From Candidatus Krumholzibacteriia bacterium (GTDB lineage: Bacteria > Krumholzibacteriota > Krumholzibacteriia > WVZY01): a stretch of 49,569 nt of DNA. The stretch lies in NCBI GenBank assembly GCA_029863805.1, contig JAOTUR010000002.1:1-49569 (forward strand). The letters are read 5' to 3'. Below, one piece after another: positions 9,680 to 18,255 of this stretch. Under the pieces are notes generated by a model. The model was not told the DNA's origin. It saw nothing but the letters and a program-made list of their open reading frames with translations, and did no database searches. Position 1 is the first letter of the stretch, and the number at the start of each line of letters is the position of its first letter. Made by a program: the position numbers and the translations under genes.

Positions 9680-10657
9680 ATGCCTCAAAAAGTACTTGTA
9701 ACAGGCGCGGCAGGATTCATCGGGTCACATCTATGTGAATCGTTGCTGGCGAGAAGTTTCGGTGTGGTCGGCGTTGATTGCTTTACGTCTAACTACGACG
9801 TACGGATAAAGAGAGAGCACGTCAGGCATCTGCAAGAGAGTAAAGACTTTTCGCTGGTCGAGGCGTCGCTGAACGACGTCGATTTGGACGGTCTTCTTGC
9901 AGACGTAGACTGCATTTTTCATTTGGCCGCCCAGCCGGGGGTCAGGCAAAGTTGGCACGAGCGCTTCGACGATTACGTGGACTGTAATATTCGTGCGACC
10001 CACAAGCTGTGCGAGTCTGCAAGAAAACAAGATATCAGGCGTTTTGTGTTTGCGAGTTCAAGCTCGGTATACGGAAACACTGCTCAGCTTCCGATGAGCG
10101 AGTTGCATCCCACACACCCGGTATCGCCGTATGGGGTGACCAAACTGTGCAGCGAGGATCTCTGCTTGCTCTTCAGTCGCAATTTTGGTTTGCCGGTTGT
10201 GGCACTGAGGTTTTTTACCGTTTTTGGCCCCCGCCAGCGACCCGATATGGCGTTCCACCGATTCATAAAGAGCGCGTTGGAAGGACGATCGATCTCTGTC
10301 TTCGGAACGGGCGCTCAGACCAGAGACTTTACGTTTGTAAGCGACGTCGTTGATGCGATCCTGCTTGCAATGGATTACTCGGGCAGCGAAAGTATCTTCA
10401 ACATCGGTGGTGGTAAACGCATTACGCTGAACTCGGCGCTTGACCTGCTCGCGGAGGTGCTTCCGCACGAGGTCGACGTACGTTATGAGGAACCCGCGAT
10501 AGGCGATGTCACGCATACATACGCTGATATCGGTCTGGCGCGCAGGGAGCTGGGGTACTCGCCGCAGACAAGCATCGACGAAGGTCTTGCCAGGGAGGTA
10601 GAGTGGGTGCAGACTCTTCGCAAACGGCTAAAGAGCTATTATAGGGAGGGGTTCTGA
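9680..10657 (+). CDS. NAD-dependent epimerase/dehydratase (UDP-glucuronate/UDP-glucose 4-epimerase-like)
   Basis: TGAAGFIG, HLAAQPGVR, SSSSVYG, YGVTK (YxxxK) and RFFTVFGPRQRPDMA. Confidence 0.9.
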   Translation: MPQKVLVTGAAGFIGSHLCESLLARSFGVVGVDCFTSNYDVRIKREHVRHLQESKDFSLVEASLNDVDLDGLLADVDCIFHLAAQPGVRQSWHERFDDYVDCNIRATHKLCESARKQDIRRFVFASSSSVYGNTAQLPMSELHPTHPVSPYGVTKLCSEDLCLLFSRNFGLPVVALRFFTVFGPRQRPDMAFHRFIKSALEGRSISVFGTGAQTRDFTFVSDVVDAILLAMDYSGSESIFNIGGGKRITLNSALDLLAEVLPHEVDVRYEEPAIGDVTHTYADIGLARRELGYSPQTSIDEGLAREVEWVQTLRKRLKSYYREGF

Positions 10658-11619
10658 TGATTTCAGTGGTTGTGCCTCTCTATAATGAAGAAGAGAGTCT
10701 CACCGAGCTTTTTGACCGCTTGGAGTCCGTCATGGCAGAATTGGGGGAGGAGTACGAGTTAATCTTCATTGATGATGGTAGCGTGGACAAGTCGCTGCTC
10801 ATTCTAAGAGACCTGTACGAAAAATCTTCTCACGTCAAAGTACTGAGTTTACGTCGTAACTACGGAAAGTCAGCTGCGTTGTCGGTCGGATTCAAGGAGG
10901 CAAAAGGGGACATCGTGATCACGATCGACGCGGACTTGCAGGATGACCCCGCAGAGTTACCCGTGCTCATAAAGAAGATCGAGGACGGGGCCGATCTTGT
11001 GTCAGGATGGAAGCGGGACCGGCAGGATCCTTGGACGAAGCGTGTACCATCGAAGTTCTTCAATTCGGTAACCTCGTTGATGAGTGGTCTCCGATTACAC
11101 GACTTCAACTGTGGCCTAAAAGCATACAGAGCTGAGGTCGTGAAAAGTATTTCCGTATATGGTGAGTTGCACCGTTTTATACCAGTTCTGGCCGGATGGG
11201 AAGGATTCCGGGTTGAGGAAACACAGGTGCGGCACTTCAAGCGAAAGTACGGTCGGAGCAAGTATGGCGGAGAGCGTTTCTTGAATGGTTTCTTCGATTT
11301 GGTAACGGTGATGTTCATTACGCGACGAGCTTTGAAACCACTGCATTTTTTTGGTCGTATCGCTTTCGTGCTGTTCGTAGTTGGATTGATTCCTCAGATC
11401 ATGTTCCTTTTTCAGTATCTCGGTGGCGCCGGTCTCAGGGTAAGACCGATCATGCTGGCTGGGTTTGTGCTGATCATTGTGTCGCTACAGATAGGGTCGA
11501 TTGGGCTGCTGGCAGAGTTGTTCTCTGCTCGAAGCGGTCAGGAACCCAGTTATACCTTGAAGCAGCATCTGGCGAGGGATTCCCAGCAATCACCTGGTGG
11601 AAGTGAGCTGGCGCGATGA
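10657..11619 (+). CDS. GT2 polyprenyl-phosphate glycosyltransferase (ArnC/GtrB-like)
   Basis: VVPLYNEEE, DDGS, RNYGKSAA, DADLQDDP, HDFNCGLKAY, ELHRFIP, and two C-terminal TM helices. Confidence 0.88.
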   Translation: MISVVVPLYNEEESLTELFDRLESVMAELGEEYELIFIDDGSVDKSLLILRDLYEKSSHVKVLSLRRNYGKSAALSVGFKEAKGDIVITIDADLQDDPAELPVLIKKIEDGADLVSGWKRDRQDPWTKRVPSKFFNSVTSLMSGLRLHDFNCGLKAYRAEVVKSISVYGELHRFIPVLAGWEGFRVEETQVRHFKRKYGRSKYGGERFLNGFFDLVTVMFITRRALKPLHFFGRIAFVLFVVGLIPQIMFLFQYLGGAGLRVRPIMLAGFVLIIVSLQIGSIGLLAELFSARSGQEPSYTLKQHLARDSQQSPGGSELAR

Positions 11620-12746
11620 CGCCAAGGGTCTGTCTCGTCGGGCCTGTGTACCCATTTCGAGGCGGGATCGCGCACTATACCACAGTTTTGGCGCAGGAGT
11701 TTGCCAAAGACCACGAAGTGCAGGTCGTAAATTTCAAGAGGTTGTATCCCTCATTACTCTTCCCGGGAAAAACGCAGTTCGATGAGAGCGGTAATCCGTT
11801 CACCGTTGAATCGGTGAGACTCATCGATTCAATCAATCCCATCTCCTTCTGGCAGACTGCCAGGGCGATCGCGGCATTCAAGCCCGACGCAGTGTTTTTT
11901 CAGTGGTGGCAGCCATTTTTTGCGGTGGCCTATGGCACGACTGTGCTCTTCCTCAAACGCTCGAGCTCGGCGAGGATAGTATTTCTTTGTCATAACGTGC
12001 TGCCGCACGAATCTTCACCGGTCGATCGTATCCTCATTAAACTGGGTCTGAGAGGCGTTCGTCATTTCCTCGTGCATTCTGAAGAAGATCGGCGCAACCT
12101 GTTGACGTTGAACACGGACGCGGTTGTTTCCCTCCATCCTCTGCCCGTTATGGACGCGTTCAAACAGGGTAGGTACGATAGACAGGCTGCAAAGCGAGAA
12201 TTGGGATTGTCGGGGCGGATCATTCTTTTCTTTGGTTATATTAGGCGCTATAAGGGATTGGACGTTCTCATCGAAGCGTTTGCTGAGTCCGTGCAGCGGC
12301 TGGACTCCACGCTTTTGATAGTGGGAGAGTTCTACGAGTCCAAGCAGGCATACATCGATATGATTCGGAAGCTCGGCATCGAAGCCAAAGTTGTCTTAGT
12401 GGATCGTTACGTGCCGAACGAAGATGTCGAGAAATTCTTTGTTGCCAGTGACGTCGTTGTACTGCCGTACCGGTCAGCGACCCAGAGCGCGATTGTCCAG
12501 GTGGCCTATAGTTTTGATCGGCCCGTTATCGTGACCTCCGTGGGGGGGCTTCCGGATGTTGTGGAAGACGGTTTGACCGGTTTTGTGGTGCCCCGTGATG
12601 ATCCACAGAAGCTTTGTGGTGCGATCTGCAAGTTCTTTGATGAGGAGAGAGGAAAGCGAATGGAAGGCGATATCGCCCGTGCGAAGCGGCGCTTCTCCTG
12701 GCAGGCGTACAAGGAAACGCTTGTCGGTTTGGGCGGTATGGGATAA
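11616..12746 (+). CDS. Glycosyltransferase family 4
   Basis: GPVYPFRGGIAHY, FFGYIRRYKGLD, LPYRSATQS and VGGLPDVV. Confidence 0.9.
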   Translation: MTPRVCLVGPVYPFRGGIAHYTTVLAQEFAKDHEVQVVNFKRLYPSLLFPGKTQFDESGNPFTVESVRLIDSINPISFWQTARAIAAFKPDAVFFQWWQPFFAVAYGTTVLFLKRSSSARIVFLCHNVLPHESSPVDRILIKLGLRGVRHFLVHSEEDRRNLLTLNTDAVVSLHPLPVMDAFKQGRYDRQAAKRELGLSGRIILFFGYIRRYKGLDVLIEAFAESVQRLDSTLLIVGEFYESKQAYIDMIRKLGIEAKVVLVDRYVPNEDVEKFFVASDVVVLPYRSATQSAIVQVAYSFDRPVIVTSVGGLPDVVEDGLTGFVVPRDDPQKLCGAICKFFDEERGKRMEGDIARAKRRFSWQAYKETLVGLGGMG

Positions 12747-12764
12747 GGCATTCGTATTATATGA

Positions 12765-12794
12765 TTTACGGGGACACCCGGTCTGTGATAATAT
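12765..12794 (+). promoter_or_regulatory. Candidate sigma70 promoter for the YfhO-like gene
   Basis: TTTACG (12765-70), 18-nt spacer, TAATAT (12789-94) preceded by an extended-10 TG. Lies in a 67-bp gap. Confidence 0.4.
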
Positions 12795-12813
12795 GACCGT
12801 AAGGGGCTGATTC

Positions 12814-15414
12814 ATGACGAAAAAGAGAAAAAAGAAAACGGAGAGAGCGGAGAAGAAGACCGCTCCTCGCGGCCCCGCCTTGGTGTCCGCTTCTCCACTC
12901 GCCAGCAATCTTCGTCGCAACCAACAAGTCCTCATATCAGTCTTTCTTCTGATCGCGAGCATATGCGTCCTCTACCCTGACCTCGTATTCCAGGACAAAA
13001 TCCTGGCCGCGGCGGATGCGGAGTCCGCGACGAGTTTGGCCGCGCCGATTCAGAAAGGGATGAGTGAGGGCGAATACCCGCTATGGAATCCACTCCTATT
13101 CGCGGGTATGCCAAGTTATGCGAGCTTGTCCTTTAACCCGTACGTGTATCCGGTAAGTCTCTTGACCGGGTTTCTGTCGAATCACCTCAAATTCCCGGCT
13201 TATACATGGCTTCTGTTGCATATTTTTATGCTTGGTCTCGGCGTTTGGCTGCTCCTCGTCGAAAGGCGAGTCCATTTTTTGATCGCAGCCGGGGCCGGGA
13301 TTATAATGATGTGGATGCCGAACCATGTTGCGGTCGGTGTTCACGGACATGGTAGTCAAGCCAGCGCAGTTGGTTTTATACCGTTCGTTTTGTTTTTCTG
13401 GGATCGTTTGTGGAGGGGTAAGGGGATCGTCATCAATGCAAGTGTTCTGGTGATTCTGCTCGGGTTTCAGCTTCTAAGGGCTCATATTCAGATCTCGTAT
13501 TACACGTTTGGTCTCCTGGGCTTGCACCTGGTGTTTTTTGGGTTCCTCAGAATCCGAGACACATTTCGGCGCCAAGCCGATGGAGTTTCACAGTTGATAT
13601 TCCGATTCTTGTATCGGCCCGGTGGTGCGATCTCTATGCGCCAGGCAGCCATCTTGGATGTTGTCGGCGCGGCAGTCATCCTTGCGGTGGTTGTTTTGGG
13701 ATCCCTGGGTGTCAGCGCCGTGCTTCTCGCGCCGGTGCACGATTATTCAGGATATTCCATCCGTGGCGCTGCGGGTGGCGGAGGCTTGGACTATGACTAT
13801 GCAACGATGTGGAGTCTTCATCCTCTTGAGTGCCTGACCTTCGTCATTCCGTTTGCGTTTGGTTTTGGCAAGTTCTTTTACTATGGCTATATGCCATTCA
13901 CCGACTACCCGAACTACGTTGGGATCGTCGTGGTTGTTTTCGCCGTGATTGGACTCTTTATCGTGCGAAAACGATTTTGCTGGTTTCTTCTCTTTGTAAT
14001 TGTGTTTTCTACGCTGGTCGCATTCGGTAACCATATGCCGGTGCTTTACAACTTGCTCTTCAAGTTTTTGCCGTACTTTAACAAATTCCGCGTTCCGGTA
14101 ATGTTCCTTATCGTACAACAGATTGCTTTCGTTCTGCTGTTTGCGATGGGGCTGTCGGCGATTCTAAGCTATGATGCAGTCCGCGGGCGCCGCGCAGCTA
14201 AGTGGGCTGTGGGGGCCTCGGCTGCCGTGCTATTGATTGTGCTTTTTACCCATGACTACTGGACTGGTGGTTTTGCGAGCTCGATTGCGGGCCGGATCCG
14301 GAACGTTCGTTCGGTACAAGAGCAAGTCGCGGTGGCTAATCTGGCAGGCGATTTGCTCTTCAAAGACCTGTTGAAGTTCTCGGTACTGCTTATTGGGATG
14401 TCTGCACTGGCGCTGTTGTTTTTTCGGCGTCATATCAATGCACGAGTGTACGTCATGCTTGTTTTGGTGGCGGCGCTTGTGGATGTGTTTCTCGTTGATC
14501 GACACATTCTTCACCCCGAGAGACTTTACCGGGTCCAACAGTTGCAAATTATCCGCGATAGGCCTGATGCGGAGCGTTTTACGCAATCGGACCCCTTGGT
14601 GGAGTATTTGCAGAGTCGACCCGGGCGCTATCGCATATTTCCCATGACACATCCTTCGTCGGCGCGCTACGGTGAGTTTGAGTCGAATCGTTATATGAAT
14701 TTTGGCATTCCATCGATAGGTGGCTACCACCCAGCGAAGCTGGCGATATATGAGCAATTCTTGAACGCTATGGCGGACGCCGTTAAGCGGGGAAACTTAC
14801 AGATGGTTAATATACTCAACGCACGTTACTTGGTTACGCCCAACCAAATCAAAGAAAGCGCAGCTCTGAAACCGGTTTGGCGCGGGGGCGATTATAAGGG
14901 TCAGGAGAAGTTTGTATATGAAAACTTGCAATCGTTGCCCAGAGTGTTCTTCGTCGATCAGTTCGAGGTTCTAACGGACAACACGGCCATTGACAGGATG
15001 ATAACCGATGAGAGTCTTGATCTCTCACAAACGGTTCTATTGGAGAGTGTGCCCCAGATAGCACCGGTATCTGCCGAAGGAGCGAGCGCCGAGATCACCA
15101 AGTACGGGTTCAACGAGATTCACATTGATGCGTCGTTGCCGGCACCGGCGCTGCTGGTTGTGAGCGAAATATACTATCCCCGATGGCGCGTGTGGGTGAA
15201 CGGCGAACCGGGGGAGATTATCCGGGCAAACCACGTGTTACGTGCCGTGGCACTGGGTGCGGGTGACAACGAACTCGTATTCCGATACGACCGGTCGTTG
15301 TTCAAGAAGTCGCTAATCTTGTCTGTTGTTACGTTATCGGCAGCGCTTTTCACTCTGGCTGTCGCCTTGACTGCAAGGCGATGGGGTAAGGCAAAGTGGA
15401 AACTCTCATCATAA
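12814..15414 (+). CDS. YfhO-family GT-C membrane glycosyltransferase
   Basis: PLWNPLLFAGMP, many TM helices, FNKFRVP, GGYHPAK, and C-terminal SEIYYPRW.V.VNG...IIRANHVLRAV with a final TM helix. Confidence 0.85.
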   Translation: MTKKRKKKTERAEKKTAPRGPALVSASPLASNLRRNQQVLISVFLLIASICVLYPDLVFQDKILAAADAESATSLAAPIQKGMSEGEYPLWNPLLFAGMPSYASLSFNPYVYPVSLLTGFLSNHLKFPAYTWLLLHIFMLGLGVWLLLVERRVHFLIAAGAGIIMMWMPNHVAVGVHGHGSQASAVGFIPFVLFFWDRLWRGKGIVINASVLVILLGFQLLRAHIQISYYTFGLLGLHLVFFGFLRIRDTFRRQADGVSQLIFRFLYRPGGAISMRQAAILDVVGAAVILAVVVLGSLGVSAVLLAPVHDYSGYSIRGAAGGGGLDYDYATMWSLHPLECLTFVIPFAFGFGKFFYYGYMPFTDYPNYVGIVVVVFAVIGLFIVRKRFCWFLLFVIVFSTLVAFGNHMPVLYNLLFKFLPYFNKFRVPVMFLIVQQIAFVLLFAMGLSAILSYDAVRGRRAAKWAVGASAAVLLIVLFTHDYWTGGFASSIAGRIRNVRSVQEQVAVANLAGDLLFKDLLKFSVLLIGMSALALLFFRRHINARVYVMLVLVAALVDVFLVDRHILHPERLYRVQQLQIIRDRPDAERFTQSDPLVEYLQSRPGRYRIFPMTHPSSARYGEFESNRYMNFGIPSIGGYHPAKLAIYEQFLNAMADAVKRGNLQMVNILNARYLVTPNQIKESAALKPVWRGGDYKGQEKFVYENLQSLPRVFFVDQFEVLTDNTAIDRMITDESLDLSQTVLLESVPQIAPVSAEGASAEITKYGFNEIHIDASLPAPALLVVSEIYYPRWRVWVNGEPGEIIRANHVLRAVALGAGDNELVFRYDRSLFKKSLILSVVTLSAALFTLAVALTARRWGKAKWKLSS

Positions 15415-16121
15415 TACCAACATACAACGAGCGAGAGAATATCGATACTCTCATAAACCGGATACTGGATCTTAAGCTTGACCTCGGTGTTCTGGTTGTG
15501 GACGATAATTCGCCGGATGGCACGGCAGGTGTCGTCGAGAAATTGGGCAAGGCGCGAGATCAAGTACACTTGCTGAAGCGACCGAGTAAGATGGGTCTTG
15601 GCAGCGCCTATATCGCCGGGTTCAAGTGGGCACTCAAGAATAAGGCAGTGCAGTACGTTTTCGAAATGGATGCCGATTTTTCTCACGATCCGAGTGCTTT
15701 GCCCGAGTTCCTAAGCGCGATCAAAGACGCAGACCTCGTGCTCGGATCTCGCTATCTCGACGGTATCACAGTGATGAATTGGCCGCTGTCGAGACTGTTT
15801 TTGAGCGTCGGCGCCAATATCTATACAAGGGTCATTACGGGAATGCCGCTAAAAGACGCCACCGGTGGATTCAAGTGTTTTCGGCGTGTGGTCCTCGAGA
15901 GCTTGCCGTTGGATGACATCAAGAGCGATGGGTACTCGTTCCAGATCGAAGTGAATCATCACGCGTGGAAAAAGAAGTTTAGAATTAAGGAGATACCGAT
16001 TACCTTCGTCGATCGAACCAGCGGCACCTCAAAAATGTCCCGTCGCATAATTTGGGAAGCGGCATTTCTCGTCTGGAAGCTTCGTTTCGAATCGATTCGA
16101 AAGGGTTTTCAGAAAGAATAG
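15396..16121 (+). CDS. Polyprenol-monophosphomannose synthase (Dpm1/Ppm1-like GT2)
   Basis: IIPTYNEREN, VDDNSPDGT, KMGLGSAY, EMDADFSH, D.TGGFKCFRR, GYSFQIE and FVDR..G.SKMS. Soluble, 241 aa. Confidence 0.9.
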   Translation: METLIIIPTYNERENIDTLINRILDLKLDLGVLVVDDNSPDGTAGVVEKLGKARDQVHLLKRPSKMGLGSAYIAGFKWALKNKAVQYVFEMDADFSHDPSALPEFLSAIKDADLVLGSRYLDGITVMNWPLSRLFLSVGANIYTRVITGMPLKDATGGFKCFRRVVLESLPLDDIKSDGYSFQIEVNHHAWKKKFRIKEIPITFVDRTSGTSKMSRRIIWEAAFLVWKLRFESIRKGFQKE

Positions 16122-16128
16122 TGTTTCC

Positions 16129-18234
16129 GTGGATATCTCCGTAATCATCGTAAGTTACAACAGTCGCGCCGATCTTGAGCCCTGTCTAGAATCACTCAAG
16201 AAGCAGAGTCTCTTTGATCGCACCGAGGTGGTCGTCGTGGACAACGCGAGCACCGACGGAACACCGGAAATGGTCCGCGATCGTTATCCCTGGGTCAATC
16301 TTCGTTTGAGCGGTCGAAACGTGGGCTATTCGCGTGGCGTGAATCTCGGTATGCAGGTGGCGCAGGGCAGATATTTTCTGGTTTTAAACCCTGATACCGT
16401 CGTCAGAGAGCATTCGATCGAGAAATTGTTTCAGTTCATGGAGCATACGCCGGATGCAGGCGTCGTCGGCCCAAAGCTAATATTCAATGATGGTAACGTC
16501 CAATACTCTTGCCGGAGATTCTACAACTGGAAGGTGCTAATACTGCGCAGGACGTTCCTGGGTAGAATATTCAAGAATTCAACAGCTATTTCCGAACATT
16601 TGATGCTGGATTACGACCACGAGACGACAACGGCAGTCGACTGGATTATAGGTGCGTGTATGCTGGTTCGGCGCCAGGCGGTTGAGTCGGTCGGTCCCAT
16701 GGATGAGAGGTTCTTTTTGTACTTTGAGGATGTTGATTGGTGCTACCGGATGAAGCAGAAGGAATGGGGGGTCTATTATTGCCCCGAAGCTGTTGTTGTC
16801 CACGGTTACGAAAGGGAGAGTGCACAGTCAGTAATAAATCGGTCGTTTGTCGCACATCTGGCAAGCCTTATTCGCTACTACGAAAAATGGAATTTCGTGT
16901 TCTACATGCTTAAGAAGTATCGAGAGGTTGTCAAGATTCTACTTTTTGTCGTGGTCGATATTGTTGCGTTCAACGTCGCGTTTCTGTCCGCATACAATTT
17001 GAGGATCTTGCTGGGCGACGTGTTCGTAAAGCCGATTTTTGAAATTGGCGTCTATGAGCGGTTTGTGGTCTTTGAGAACTTGCTATTCATCTTCGTGTAT
17101 TTCAGCCTGGGTCTCTACAAAATAAGAAGGGAGACGTCCGCCGTTGACGAACTGTTCAGAATCGGAAAGGCGATTGTACTCGCATCGATACTTCTTATGG
17201 CGAGCACATATCTGAGCCAGATTCGCACATATTCGCGGGTGGTCGTCATATTTCTGGTCCCTTTTGCGATTTCTTATGACTGGATACTAAGGACCCTGGT
17301 ACGCCGATTACACAGAGGGCTGATATCACAAAAGATCGATCTCAAGAGGGTTTGTATTGTCGGCCCGATGGATAAGGCGAGGGAGCTTGAAGAGAGGCTG
17401 GTTTTGGACACCTCGCTCGGTATTGACGTTGTTGGTGTAGTAGAGACCTCGGAGAATGCTGGAGAGGTCGGGGGTGGCAGTTTGGGAGATCTTTCACGTA
17501 TAGGTGAGATTATCGATAGGTTTCTCATCCATGAGCTGGTATTCCTGCCTGGCGCGGTGCCCGAGGGCAAGCTTGCCGAGCTAGTGAGGTTGGGGCGTAG
17601 GCGGGTTATCGATATCTCGGTGCTGACCGACTATTCGGGACTGGTGGTCCACCAGGCGACGGTGGCCAATCTGGCGGGACGCCCCGTGATCGCCTACCGC
17701 AGGGATACCCGTTACGCTCTCGATCGGTTTGCGAAGCGGCTGCTGGACATCGTTCTGGGGACAGGTTTTCTCGTGGCGTCGGTGCCTTTCTCTGTGGTAT
17801 ATTTACTATATTCCTCAATTCGAGGCAGTGCTCCTTACGCGTGGGAGTCACGACTCGGCTTGGGCGGCAAGTCTTTCATGCTTCCGGCGGCAGGTGCGAG
17901 GAGTTCGAACGGTCCCTCTGATATTGTCAATCTACCCCTCTTTTGGCTGGTCATAGTCGGCAGGATGAGTATCGTCGGTCCCTATCCGTTTCCGGCGTTG
18001 GGGGTCGCTCTGGTCGACCGGGCGGCTAAGTTCCGGTTTGATGTTCGACCCGGTATCACTGGATATTGGAGAGTGGGAGAAGAACAAGAGATTGCTCTCG
18101 ATGAGCTTCTTGCACAGGACGCCAACTATACTAGAAACTGGTCTTTTGTAGAGGACGTCAAGATCCTAGTGATAACTTTTGGCAACATCCTGATGGGTAA
18201 GAAACGCAGCCTTAGACTGAAAGACCCGTCGTAG
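16129..18234 (+). CDS. GT2 glycosyltransferase fused to a WcaJ/WbaP-like membrane + Rossmann + degenerate phosphoglycosyl-transferase module
   Basis: N-terminal GT2 (IIVSYN, VDNASTDG, LNPD, GACMLVRR, DERFFLYFEDVDWC). Then about 4 TMs, a RVCIVG Rossmann-like segment, and C-terminal KRLLDI..., MSIVGPYP, RPGITG, DANY.RNWS..EDVKIL. Confidence 0.85.
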   Translation: MDISVIIVSYNSRADLEPCLESLKKQSLFDRTEVVVVDNASTDGTPEMVRDRYPWVNLRLSGRNVGYSRGVNLGMQVAQGRYFLVLNPDTVVREHSIEKLFQFMEHTPDAGVVGPKLIFNDGNVQYSCRRFYNWKVLILRRTFLGRIFKNSTAISEHLMLDYDHETTTAVDWIIGACMLVRRQAVESVGPMDERFFLYFEDVDWCYRMKQKEWGVYYCPEAVVVHGYERESAQSVINRSFVAHLASLIRYYEKWNFVFYMLKKYREVVKILLFVVVDIVAFNVAFLSAYNLRILLGDVFVKPIFEIGVYERFVVFENLLFIFVYFSLGLYKIRRETSAVDELFRIGKAIVLASILLMASTYLSQIRTYSRVVVIFLVPFAISYDWILRTLVRRLHRGLISQKIDLKRVCIVGPMDKARELEERLVLDTSLGIDVVGVVETSENAGEVGGGSLGDLSRIGEIIDRFLIHELVFLPGAVPEGKLAELVRLGRRRVIDISVLTDYSGLVVHQATVANLAGRPVIAYRRDTRYALDRFAKRLLDIVLGTGFLVASVPFSVVYLLYSSIRGSAPYAWESRLGLGGKSFMLPAAGARSSNGPSDIVNLPLFWLVIVGRMSIVGPYPFPALGVALVDRAAKFRFDVRPGITGYWRVGEEQEIALDELLAQDANYTRNWSFVEDVKILVITFGNILMGKKRSLRLKDPS

Positions 18235-18255
18235 GGTTAACCGCCAAGACTCCGC

